From NCBI GenBank assembly GCA_003693705.1, contig RBZT01000997.1:1-51348 (forward strand): 51,348 nt of DNA, written 5' to 3'. A model generated the notes under the pieces. The model had not been told where the DNA came from. It was given only the letters and a program-made list of their open reading frames with translations, and did no database searches. This DNA comes from Polymyxa betae A26-41. Lineage: Eukaryota; Protista; Endomyxa: Phytomyxea. The first letter of the stretch is position 1; every line of letters begins with the position of its first letter. Both the position numbers and the translations under genes were made by a program. This document shows positions 31,134 to 43,320 of the stretch, piece by piece.

Positions 31134-33432
31134 ATGCCATCGCTAGCAACATCGCTGCAAGCAACTTGTGACCGTCTCGCTGCCGAGAATTTTCAGCTTC
31201 AGCAACAAATCCGAAATGCCGAATCTAGTCTTGCATCTTTGGATAATATTGGCCGTATTGACGCCCTCTTATCATCTCTACCAACATGCATACTATGTAT
31301 CGATCGCATCCTTCCAGCTACCTCTGAAATTTCTCTCCACACTCGATTAAACGCTCTGGGAGCTCTTCGTCGAACTGCCAAAGTAGACCTATTCTGTCGT
31401 CATGACCCAATTCAATCTTATCTGGGATCTGTGGCAGTATTAGTCGAATTCGGGTCTATTCCGAATGCTGAATTTGCCCTGAGGATTCTCCAGGACCAGG
31501 TTTTGTCTTCCGTTAAACACTCCATCTAAAAATCTAATTATTTTCTGCTTTAGAAATTAGCAGGTCAACAAATCCGAGCGAGATTTGCTCGGGAATTTCC
31601 AACCACGACAATAGCGGCATTCGGGGCGATTTGTGCCCTACCTGAAGCTGTCCTTCGACCTTATTTCTCGAAATTTGGCATTGTTCGTAAACTGATTATG
31701 AATAGCCCAATAGCTGAAGGCTGGATTCTGATCACTTTTCAGCATCTGCATGATGCTGTCAATTGCCTTATTATGATCCGTCATAAAATCATCGCCGGAT
31801 CGCTTATTGAAGCACATTTCGCCAATCAAACCGAGATTGTTGATTTAGACGACGATTATATTGGCGAGACCGATCCCATATCTGAACAAATACAGAAATT
31901 CGACGGCCTGCGCTCAACGATATTCAATGGCTCCGATTGTAATCATGAATATATCATATCTAGAAATAACCGAATTTTCAGTATGATCGAGGTAATACTT
32001 GCCCCCAAGGGTTTTTTGGTATTAATGTTATTATAGAAAGCTTTAGAATCCGCCGAAGATCATCGTACTCAATTATCACTTATTGATTGTCTGCGATTGT
32101 ATTTAACAGCCGAAAATAGTATTGATTCTTTAACGGGATGGATTGTCGACAATAAGATCGAGGTCATCTACAAAGGTGCAGACGAAGAGCAAACCATGGC
32201 TCTGCTGCAGCGTCAAAGACCACTTCACGATCGTGATGTCAGATTTTATATCAAAATCGTCGAAGAGCTGCAAGAAGTTGCAGATCGTGATGAAATGGTT
32301 AACAGTATGGATTTGAATCGATTGATGCCATACAGCGACCTTACTGCTAGAAAGGTATTATATCGTCGTTATATCATATGATGACTTTAAATGTATAATG
32401 ACAGATGTCTATCGGCACCTGCAGTCAATTGGGATTTGTTCTATATCTGAACCGGGCTCAATGGATGAGACCACGAGCTATGTTATTATATTGGGTCATG
32501 AATCTAAACTCGAATAAACAGCCACAGAAATCAGATCGTATCCATATTCAACATGTATTAAGATTTGCTTTATACAATGCCGCTTTATCTGAGGTACTGA
32601 ATATACATATCGTCTAGGCTTCTTTACAATTTGCATAGGTTGAATATCTCACTGGATTTGTTCTTGAAGCTGGACGTTCAGTAGATGAATTCACACAACG
32701 ATGTGAATTGATTCCATCAACCTTTATGTATTTCATTGTAGCTGGTGCCGGCCATGTCTTTTCTGATTCTAAACCGAACTCTTCATTGGTGTGATAATAC
32801 GAACTGATTCTACATTTATAGCTAAATATCTCTTAACCTGTATTTAGGTGTTTGAAGATGTTGGCAGACGTTGGCTGGATTTTAGGCACAGACTTCAATA
32901 TGCAGGGCTTCCTTTGTATGACCAATCACCAGAATGGCCTGGGCAGAATATCATGAAACGAGCTGAAGCTTTTAACAAGGTCGTCGTATTTAGACCTGCC
33001 TTCTTGTTTTCATTCATTGTTAAACAGGTCCTACAAGCGTCTCAAAAATCGGGGCGACAAGCTTTTCGTGCTTATGCCCGACTTATGTGTTATATCGATG
33101 ATTGTATTCGGAAGCGATTAGGTACATCCAGCTTTGAATTAATTGCAGATTTGGCGATAACAATGGGAATAGAATGTAAACGCGTTGAGGCAATGCCTCA
33201 TCAGTCTTTCGAAAGCCGTGTGCTATTAGGATTATCTCAAGTACATAGCCGAAGATTAAGATCTCACAGACGTCCTTCTTCTACCTCATCAATAAGGTCT
33301 AATAGCAGTTATACATCACTATCAGCAGCTTCTCTCAAAGGCGAAACACTTTCAGTCAATGCCAAATTCGATTGGCGTATGAGCTTGCCCAATCCAAGAC
33401 CAAAAAAATCGGCTGCTGTTATCCATGAATAA
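31134..33432 (+). CDS. Hypothetical protein with two RRM/UHM-like domains and an unrecognised helical C-terminal region, multi-exon
   Basis: VLVEFGSIPNAEFALRILQ...IRARFA and YFSKFGIVRKL...LITFQHLHDAVNCL...IEAHFA resemble RRMs; the exons are linked by ~50-nt introns. Confidence 0.6.
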
Positions 33433-33792
33433 ACGATGCATTACGTAGAAATACAATTGCTTGTTATTGATTGAATCTCTTCTTGGTCACAGCAGGGATA
33501 GCGGTCTTATATCTAGCAAAGAATGTCTTGGCATACTGGTGAATATGATTGGGCTTATCTACCAGAATCGCTCGAACTAAATCTTCACACATCCAGATAA
33601 GTTCAGGATGATCTTCAAGATATTCTTCGTTGTCCATCTGTACAGGCAGAATTGTTTATCAGAGCAAATGACATATGATAAAGCTATCCACCTTCAAACT
33701 CGGCATGCTTTCAAGTCGTCTTGTAAGTCAGATCTCCAAGTACAACACAACGATCTTCATGTACCAACCAAGGCATCAAATAATGAGTGCAG

Positions 33793-34351
33793 TTAAGATT
33801 TGAAATATTTATCAAGTAACTGTCTGAGATTTTCTGTGAAAGAAGGAAACGAAATTGGTGAGGATCTGTCGTAAAACGGATTCAGGATAACTTTCAGATA
33901 GACATCATAAAGATCAGCAAAGAAAGCACCGATTACGTTTTCGTCACATTTGGAGTCGTGTAGTAAAATAAACTTGACTTCTAAGAAAGGTAAATGAAGT
34001 GACTGGATAAAACTAGATAAAGAGTTACGTGATGTGGTTAGATAGCAACTGATTAGAAGTTCATTAAATCTGTCAACTTGCTTCAAATATAGGGCTGGTG
34101 TTGTCCAGGCACGCTGATCGACAATATCTACATTACAATACAATATGAATACATATCAATGATAGAAGTTGCTAGTTAGTACCTAATGCTGCATGGACTA
34201 TGAACTGATTCAGATCTTCCTTCTGCAACGACTCATCTAAACCGGTCTAGAAAGACGTTCGATTTGATACCTTGGATTCTTTGGGTGCCAAATGCAGCTC
34301 GAAAACGGGAATGTCGCCAGGCACAACAATTGTGACGTAGAGAACAGACAT
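33793..34351 (-). CDS. TRAPPC2: Trafficking protein particle complex subunit 2 (sedlin/Trs20)
   Basis: LNQFIVHAALDIVD, LYLKQVDRFNE, KFILLHD and YLKVILNPFY. Confidence 0.92.
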
Positions 34352-34839
34352 ATTAGAAAATGTGATCTTTGCTATCGAACTTTACCTCTCTACGATATCT
34401 GCGTTCTTAGTCCAATATCAATTTTTTTTAGCAAATTTAATAATTTATAATATACTTTATCAACATATTATTATTGCAATCAAATGACGATATTTCAAAA
34501 ATAAAATCCACTCTGCAATAATGTTTCCCTATTTAGCTACACATATCTCGTTGATCAGGGATGTCTGAGTAAGAAGGATATGTGGTTGAACAATATCTGG
34601 CATAAGGATGTTACGTTATACAGTAGAAAGGAACGATTAGCAATTCTATGATATCATGTGATTTATTGGTATCGAAGACCGCCACCACTGTTATAAAGAC
34701 CTAAATTGGGAGTATTGCCAGTGCTCGCCGTGTGAACATTTGCCAACAGTTGCCACTGCAAATACGACTAACTACCTATGTAATAGGGATGGACGCCATG
34801 CGGACCTGGGACTTGGGCACAAATCCATATCATCTCGAT

Positions 34840-35470
34840 ATGATCATAGCCTTGTTGGTTGCCCTCTTGGTTGCTGGATTCACTGAAGCAATCTGCAGCT
34901 GTATAAAGGCTAGGATTCAGTGGTCCTGTATAAACGCTAGGATTCAGTGGTCATCTGTCAAGGTAATCGTCGTAGAATCTGTATCTAGAATGACGAATCA
35001 TCTGTACGAGAACCTATTTGGCATCATCAAGTGTATATTATTTGAAATTTCTTTTTAGATCAAATACAGAAATGGAGACCAGCAACGGAACAAAGAACTA
35101 CATTGCGTGATTTCATGGCAAGTGACAACGATGGTAGGGTTAAAGCGCAAACAATCAAGTGATGAATATCGCATCATTTCATGAAACGTTTTTCGGAGGG
35201 TTTGCTTTCCATTGATGTTCTGTTAACAGCGATGTTAATAAATAAGATGGTTATGATGAGGAAGTACTATCTGCTGCAGAAACGTAAACTTCCGTTTGGT
35301 GATCAGTACAATCGATATCTGATGTCAATGCATGTGAAAAGTGATCATGAAGTTGCAATGCTTACTAAAACCGGACATAAGCAACTTCAAAGATCCCCGA
35401 TGCGAATGTTTTTCGATCGATCTTTGGGGCTTTTCATAAAGTCTAACTTTGCATTAGCAAATGCTTTGTA
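34840..35470 (+). pseudogene. Decayed paralog of the small secreted protein at 43591-44241
   Basis: Colinear matches: GFTEAICSCIK / GITEGGWSCKM, ESSVREPI / RSSVQEPI, EEVLSAAET|gtaa / ESVLSASET|gtaa and NVFRSIFG / NILSRIFK. Decay features: in-frame TAA at 35243, a GC donor and a 27-bp duplication. Confidence 0.6.
34899..34952 (+). repeat. 27-bp tandem duplication
   Basis: ctgtataaa(g/c)gctaggattcagtggtc x2. Confidence 0.9.
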
Positions 35471-36023
35471 ATCGAAGAAAAGATTAACCTTGCGAAGTGT
35501 AGTGATTAAATTAGGTGTTCCTGGATAAGTTTATTATCATCAAGTCTGTTATATCTCGAATAAGTGAATGATAATTATGTAAGATGCGAAGTCGAAGCAG
35601 ATTCGTCTCGATCAACACCTTTAGAATCGACAATGCATTCGTATGTTGTCGTACGAGCTGACAGTTGGCAGGTTGCGCCATCAGGCTATCGGTCATTGGC
35701 CTCATGGCTCAGTTAAGTGGTCTTATGGGGTGACTCACCATCAGTCTATGCGAGTGATGGCACCATGCCCCATTTCAACTTCCTGTCATGATGGCTCGAC
35801 TGTCTCGTAACGCAAGGAACGTCATCACTGGCGATCCAGTTAAATTTGTTGCTCCAGACGCGGCTGTCCTGTGGAACGTTACCTTGAGGCGATGGATGAC
35901 GTGGTTGATGACTGTTCCAGTTTGATGACTGTTCCAGTCAGACCTTTTAGTTTTCACGTCAATGTTTAGCGGTCTCTTTTCTTAGGCTATTCTCATTCTG
36001 TTATTGGATTGATTGTGTTTGCA

Positions 36024-37987
36024 ATGAAATTCTGCCTGATGTCCAAGCTGGGCTTCCTTCTCGCGACGGTTGCGCTAGCGGCCTGTACTCTTGGCCTGGA
36101 CTATGACTTTTCTGATAAATGCAACAAAGATGTGAGTGACATCCATATCATGATCTTACTATCGATTTACTCTGTTGAAGGATTGCAAGCCTCCCAATCC
36201 ATGTGCCCCTCAGCCATGCGACAATGACTGTCGCGACCCGATTGATACATGCAACAAAGATGTGAGTGATATCCATATCATGATCTTACTATCTATTTAC
36301 TCTGTAGAAGGATTGCAAGCCTCCCAATCCATGTGCCTCTCCGCCATGCGACCGAAACGATCCAACTAAAGATACTTGCTCTATCACTGGTAGAGGCGAC
36401 ACTACCCAGGATTATAAGGACAATGAATCGAACTATCCCAAGCCTTTTAAAGGTGTTTATAAGCAAGTGATAGTCAAATACTATGAGAAGGGAGAGCCAA
36501 GCAATTATGGTAAACATAAGAAGTCCTGTTCGTCGTCGTCTTCTTCGCAGTCCTCTTCATTGTCTTCACACCGGCACCGTCGACATCGCATCAAACATAG
36601 ACATAGCCGTTCTTCATCATCTTTTTCGTCATCATCGTCATCGACTTCAAGTGATGAAGAGCGAGACCGCCGAAAGTCCTACCTGAAGCATCGAAGTCAT
36701 CGGAGACGCTCCCCCTCGTATTCTTCGTCCTCTGATGAGAAACGGCATCACAGCCGCCGCCAAAAACGACATAGGCGACAGTCAACTTCATCATCTTCGT
36801 CCTCTAGCGAAGAACGACGTCACCATAAACGCGAGAAGCACAGACCCCAGAAACCAAGTTTGTCTTCATCATTGTCGTCTTCTACCGAGGAGCATCGTCA
36901 CCGGCGACACCACATGAAGCACAGACGAAGTGATTCTTCTTCGTCGTCCTTCTCCTCGAGCGATAACGGAAAGCATCACTTTCGAAAGCATCATCGGAAG
37001 CCAGACTCCCCGTCATTCTCGCGGACATCAACATCTAGTAATGGCAAACATTACCGCCAATACTCCTCATCCCCTTCCAGTGATTCACCGTCCTCATTAA
37101 GCCATGATGAAAACACTTATAAGAAGTACAGAAAGCAGAAGAAAAAATGCTGGAACTCTAACACTAGCAATTCATTATCGAAGAGATCCGAGATCGCCGA
37201 AAAGTTGAAGAAAAAGAAGTATGTTTATCCAAGCAACAAGACAATCAACAAAGCAGCTTACCCACCTTATGGCAAAACTAAGGGTCACACAAGGAGCCAA
37301 TCTTATGGAGACCGGAAGTACAAAAAAGGCAGAGATTATCAGGACGTCGAAGAATATGGCAAACCGAATGCTTACAAAACAGACAAGGAATATAAACCGA
37401 AGACCTACAAAACCGACAACGATTATAGAAAGGGCGAGCAATATGGTAAGAAGACCTACAAACCCGACAACGATTATAGAAAGGGCGAGCAATATGGTAA
37501 GAAGACCTACAAACTCGACAACGATTATAAAACTGGCGAAGAATATGGTAAGAAGACCTACAAAGTCGACAACGATTATAAAACTGGCGAAGAATATGGT
37601 AAGAAGGCCTACAAACCCGACAACGATTATAAAACTGGCGAAGAATATGGTAAGAAGACCTACAAACCCGACAACGATTATAAAACTGGCGAAGAATATG
37701 GTAAGAAGACCTACAAATCCGACAAGAGTTATAAACAGGGCGAAGACTATGATAAACCGAAGACCTACAAAGCCGACAAGGATCATAACAAGGGCGAAGA
37801 GGATGGTAAATCGAGTGCATACAAAGCCGACAAGAATCAAAAACAAGATGATGGCTATGGTAAACCGTATGTTTCCAAAAAAGACAAGGGTTACAAAAAG
37901 GACGATGCATATGAAGAACCAAATGCTTACAAGAAGGACAAAAAAAATAAGGATTACATGCAGGACACGGTTCATATCGATTATTGA
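36024..37987 (+). CDS. Secreted repeat protein A (~620 aa): Cys-rich modules, Ser/His/Arg blocks and Lys/Tyr-rich tandem repeats
   Basis: Signal peptide MSKLGFLLATVALAACTLG (ATG at 36024 or 36039). Phase-0 49-nt introns at 36132-36180 and 36262-36310 join in frame to the long ORF ending at 37987. Confidence 0.85.
36119..36340 (+). repeat. 130-bp-period tandem duplication of an intron plus exon
   Basis: atgcaacaaagat|gtgagtga...gaag|gattgcaagcctcccaatccatgtgcc occurs twice and is nearly identical. Confidence 0.9.
37400..37830 (+). repeat. 51-bp coding minisatellite (KTYKPDNDYKTGEEYGK), ~6 near-perfect plus degenerate copies
   Basis: aagacctacaaacccgacaacgattataaaactggcgaagaatatggtaag repeated in tandem. 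Confidence 0.95.
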
Positions 37988-39825
37988 CGTTCTTTATCGG
38001 TTCCAGCTATTACTATCGACCTAGCACCCTAAATTTAATGTATATGCTTCAATAAAAAGCATAATTGTAAAGATAACTGCTTTGGGGATGTCTGGTCGAA
38101 GTTGAGTCTGTGAGACATTTTTATGTTGGAAGAATAAAGGTACTCTTGACAAATTTGCAGCGCCGCATGGAATGATCAGTTCTATCGAAGGGGCTCTGAA
38201 CGTCTAATTGGTAATCGAATTTTCGACGAAATCATTGTTGCAAGCTGGGCAGAAGCGATGAAATTAATGCTCAATGACCGGCCATCTATGCCGATTGTAC
38301 GCGTCAATCAATAATTAGCAGGCTACAAGTGAATCTCGACTGGCACTTTAAATGAAGACGAAGTTACTGCGTTTATATAAAGAGAGCTCAGGTCAGAGGG
38401 AAAGATAAAGCCAAAACGTGAACAGGCCAAAAAACAAATTGTTGCCATTTCAATCCAGTGCAGGGATTGGACATTTATCAGGTGAAGCAGTTAACTAACG
38501 AAGTTACTCAGAGCTTTCTTAGAAACCTGTACAACAGCCAAGCGAAAAGATGATATTAATACATCATTATGAATTTCAACCACATCAAGATTGGTAAGGT
38601 GCTGGGTTAGAAGAGCTTATTAAACTACGTAGTGTTTGCCTGCAAATCCTAGGAAGCTAAGCTCATCAGTTAGTTCATTTGAAAAATACGGCAACCGAGA
38701 AACAACTTTGAATATACCATACCGGTACCTTATTGAACACTGATTAGCCGCAAATGGCCCTTGAATATACTCTTTCAATTTCACAGCCTGCAGTTGTGTT
38801 GGCCAATAAGACGTGAAAGGTTGTAAGCCTCCGAATTATCCTAGTACGAAAGCCATGGACGTTCGGGTCTGTGCCCAGCACTAAAGTAAATGTGCCGTCC
38901 ACCTTGTCGAAAGGCACGACGACTAGTACAATCCAATCCAATCATCCTAATAAGACGTCAGTGGAATCTGAAACCTTTGTGTAATCTAGGGGGAAACCAA
39001 TCTAAACCTCCCGGAATTTCGAGATCGTGCGATTTTTTTTAAGTGCAAACAGGCAAAAATCAATCTTCATGCAGTACTAATTTGATCATATACACAAATT
39101 AACTTCATCGAGATGGCCCAATCCGCTTAGTTGGGCTAACTGGGCATACCTATGTCATATTTTATGAAGCCTGGGTTAGACCCAGACAGTACAGCTGTCA
39201 CCTTCAAAATAACGAACTGTCACAAATTTGTAACGTGAGCAAGCGCCAAAGCCAGTGAAACCAACGTTCTTAGATTTGAATTCAGTATTAGATTCCCGTG
39301 TTTGTTATGATAAAAGAATGCTTCCTTATAGTTCGGTATTCTTCCTGGAAGCTCCGTTGAAGTGCCAGTCGACAGGGAAGTTCAAGTTTTAATGCACAAG
39401 TAAAGACGCAATACATACTGCTAGGCATTTCTATGTCAAAATTGGATGGGATTCGAATTGTTGCTCGAAGGTCAACAAGCGGTCGCTATGTCCGAGACGC
39501 ACAACGACAAGATCTAGATTAGTACCTTGATATCTTCATGTGCTCTTACTCCCTGTTTCAGACCGGTCGAAGCTCTAAAAAGAGGGCGACCCCACTGCCC
39601 CCAAGCCATACCTGCACTGTATTCAATGTCGATTGTATCGTTACCATGGTCAGCAATGATTGCAGAACCCCTTTTGCCAGTGATACGTATCAAGGTACAG
39701 ATGAACCACGTCATCTATTGTTGCTTTTAAAATCTCAGACTGGACATTTATCGAACGTCACTTCATTCCCCATTGAAATCGGCATTGTTTCATTGAGGTC
39801 ACCTTGGGTGCAACCCTCCATCCTG

Positions 39826-40948
39826 ATGTCGAACATGCTCTTCGTCGTCGGAATCGCGACGCTTACATTCTTCACCTTAAGCCAAGGAGATGATTGCTGC
39901 GGGCCGCCTGATAAATGTCATAAAGATGTCAGTAATGACGATCATATTCATTCATCAGGATTTTGATTTGGCACAGCTTGATTGCAATCCATATATTAAT
40001 AATTCATGTACTTCAATCGCGTGTCAACAAAGCGAATCACCTAAAGAAAGCGAGTCGCTTAGAAAAAAGCCACCAAAGGGTTATTATAAACAGGTGACAG
40101 TCAAGTACTATAAAAGGCCAAACGGATGCGATAAAAACCAAAATTCATGTTCATTGTCATCACCTCAATTTTCTTCATTATGTACATTGTCATCACCTCA
40201 ATTTTCTTCAGTATCTACAAACGAGGAAGCGAACCGTCGGAGGAAGCATCATCTCAAACAAAAACATCGCAGGCACTCTTCTTCATCATCGTTCTCATCT
40301 TCATCAACATCTTCTACAAATGATAGAGGTAAACATCGAGACAAGCGTCATCTCATCAGGCAGAAATGCCATAACTCTCCATCGCCTTCGTCGTCATCGA
40401 TTTCATCATCGTCATTATCTTCAATGAACAAACCAAGACCCCGACATCGTCGTCATCACATCAGACATAGACGTCGCGGATCTCATTCCTCTTCGTCGTT
40501 AGAATACAGCGACGAAGATCGACGATATGAAGGGCACTGGTACCCCATAGAGCACAGACACCGTTATGCAAAACCATCGTTATCTTCATTTTCGAGTAAA
40601 CAGGAGCAATGTCGACAGCAACCTGACAAGAAGCATAAGCTTCATCAGAAATCGTGCTCTTTATCCTCTTCCAAAGATAAAAGACATACAAACAAGCAAA
40701 AGAAGACGCAGTACACGTATGGAAAACAACAGAAGAAAAAATTGGCATCGAGCTCTCATGTACAAACGCCATATCATTGCAATGCTGATGACAAGAAACT
40801 TGACAAGAGCAAAACCTACCATACGTGTTTTGAAAGAAATGCGATTAAAAAGAAGTCGAAATGCAAGCAAAGCAAGAAGTCGAGATGCAAGCCGAAGTAC
40901 AAGCCGCCAATGAATAACGATCCACCATATATCCGACACCGGCAGTAG
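39826..40948 (+). CDS. Secreted repeat protein B (~357 aa), paralog of protein A lacking the Lys/Tyr repeats
   Basis: Signal peptide MSNMLFVVGIATLTFFTLSQG. A 49-nt phase-0 intron at 39928-39976 follows DKCHKD. It shares the KGYYKQVTVKYY motif and has Ser runs alternating with His/Arg blocks. Confidence 0.85.
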
Positions 40949-41583
40949 TGTCCCAGCGCCGGCTTTAGCATCAAATTAATCATAAATTAGAGAATTATTG
41001 ATGGCGCTTTATTCCTATATTCTCAAAATACTTGGAAGTCGGAAATCACACAAGAAGGATTTCATAGGCGCTATAGGTAGTTAAGGACTTTAGGTTAGCT
41101 CTTCATTGATATCATTTAAAAATGGCACGCAGAGAATAGAGATTGCTTTTGGCATAGGTTTTAGTTATTGTGGCACATCATCGGCACTGTAGTCATGGAA
41201 AATGGCATATGCATCAGATTAGGCAAACGACCAAACAGTAGCTATTGTGTTGGAAAGAAGAGTTGGTCCATCGGTCAGCGTCAAGCGAATGTTCTTCATG
41301 ATTGCAATTTCTGGTGGTGAAATGACACCGACCATGAAAATCGCAGTGCGCCGAGCAGCGGTGGGCTGCGCCCGCATACAAAAAAGGCGTGCGACAAAAC
41401 AGAGCGTATCACGGTCCGCGCTGCAAGCTGCGCCCTTCCATGTACCGGTAACATTACACATTTACACTCTCTGAGTTCTACAGAGTTTCGTCGGCACTTC
41501 GAAATATTTGGAAGTCAGAAACTCAATCCATTGTAAAAAAAATGCCGCAGTTTTGGATTTTGTATTCTATAGGTCCACATACA

Positions 41584-41664
41584 CCCTTAAAACCCCTAAC
41601 GAAACCCCCTAAAAACGCCCCTAATAAAGCCCCTATAAAAAGCCCCTAAAAAAACCCTAAAAAA
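41584..41664 (+). repeat. Degenerate CCCTAAAA (telomere-like) tract
   Basis: About 7 irregular C3-5TA2-7 units. Confidence 0.6.
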
Positions 41665-42869
41665 TACCAGCCACTTGGGCAGTTCGGCGATTATGAGTTT
41701 AGCTAGACACCTGGAGGATTCGCAGCCTTTACACTGACCCTAAGAACTTAGAGAGAGTATATCAGTAGTGTTACATGGGAGGGCGCAGCCTGCGGCGCGG
41801 ACCGTGGTACGCTCTGTTTAGTCGATCGCCGATTTATCAGATATTGGCCCTATATATAGATAGACGCCTGTTGGATTGGGCGGGGTGCCAGGTGCCTACT
41901 CTACTGTATCTTGTCCGTTAGGGCCGTACGCTATGTAATTACAGTAGACATAAACGGGTGAAAAAATTAAATAACCGCTTCGAAATGGGAATTAAAAGCA
42001 CTGAAAGATATTACGGCTAGACGCCTGAATTCTATCAACCATGAGCTTAGGACACAGCGCCGCCGGTTGACCAATCAACGAACCAGAAAAATCCAATCCA
42101 ATCCGATCTCCGGCACGGATCTGTGGTGCGAGAATTTTGATTTTTTTTTAATTTTGTCTGTAGTCGGATTCCATTCGACGAGATCTATTGAAATATAGAG
42201 CCATAATGGGAAGTCATAAGATACATGGAAATTCTATAGGTTTCAAAGATTCTGTATTGGCGAATTTTTGTAGGTTCAAAAGATATTCGGTTCGGTAGCC
42301 ACTTCAACAGCAATTATTGACATAACATGCATACAGCTTCATCTGAGTTTGACAATAGAACTGTGGATGATCGAAAGAAACCATACTGGAAGATCGAAGT
42401 CATATCGGCTGTCAGGCCATTGACCAAGTGCAGCTGCCGAGTTTGCGAACAAGTATTGGTTTTGTTGCATACAAGACTGCACAAAGGGGGTGTCCAACAA
42501 TGCAAATGAACATTACTTAAGGTCATGGCCTAGCCACCATTGTGTTCAGACAGCACAACAGCGCCTGTGTTTCTGACAGATCCTGAGGGAATGTTGTAAT
42601 CGTGTCTATATTTGGCGGTAAAGATGCCATCCATCAAGACGGCTGGTGTAATCAAGGGCGAGGGTCTTCATCCACATCTTTACTCGGCTTTAAAGCCATC
42701 ATTAGATCAGTAGGCGTGGCCTATCATATCGTGCATAACTGATAATTACCTTTTTTCATTCTAAAAGATTTCTTCGAAAGCTTGCTAACTTCAAACTGCA
42801 TCGTCTGAAAATCCCACGACGAACGCCTCCCTTTCTATATCCTTGCACAGCTGATACAATGTTTTTAAT

Positions 42870-43320
42870 AACTTCGAAAACCGCTGGACACATTGGGATC
42901 ATAATTCCATCTTTATTTATTGATGGCAAAGACATCTTTATTCACGAAATGGGCGTTGTACTTTGTTCGTTCAATACTGTCCACATTGCAGTTGGATTTC
43001 ACTAGAAAATGGCCTGATATAGAAATTGCACGGCTATGTTTGACTCCTCGCCTAACCGAAGGCGAAGAAGCCGCTGCAGACAATGGTTATCAAGATGGCA
43101 CGTTTATCTCCTATTGTTTTAGAGGGACCCAAACAATGAAGCAGAAAGAAAATTGAATCGCCAATTGAAGGCTAGACGCGAATCAGTTAACAAGCGATTT
43201 GAACACACTTTCAGAAATGGGTAACACGTCATTTCCGTCGAAGTCGCGTGCACAGCATGATACCTTGTTCACAGCAGTAGCGATGATAATGCAACTGACA
43301 TTGCACTATGAGCGTCTTCG
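42870..43320 (+). mobile_element. Degenerate PIF/Harbinger-type (DDE_Tnp_4-like) transposase remnant
   Basis: Frameshifted pieces in the expected order: FENRW, FIDGKDIFIHE, KWPDIEIAR...LTEGEEAAADNGYQDG, ARRESVNKRF and HDTLFTAVAMIMQL. Confidence 0.75.

Noticed and set aside
37400-37830. Possible CRISPR array
   Set aside because: Contiguous coding repeats with no unique spacers, no cas genes and a eukaryotic context.
37175-38024. Long alternative-frame and antisense ORFs (hydrophobic 266 aa, Cys/Arg 214 aa, Thr/Ile 267 aa)
   Set aside because: They are shadows of the 51-bp coding repeat, which lacks stops in several frames. Only the Lys/Tyr frame connects to a signal peptide.
38100-39750. Degenerate coding remnants, perhaps a third small-secreted-protein copy (PGSSVEVPV near 39345)
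   Set aside because: The similarity is too short and broken to support without an alignment.
34619-41908. TACAGTAGA...TCTACTGTA as TIRs of a cargo-carrying element around the secreted genes
   Set aside because: Only about 9 bp match, which is expected by chance; no extended TIR.
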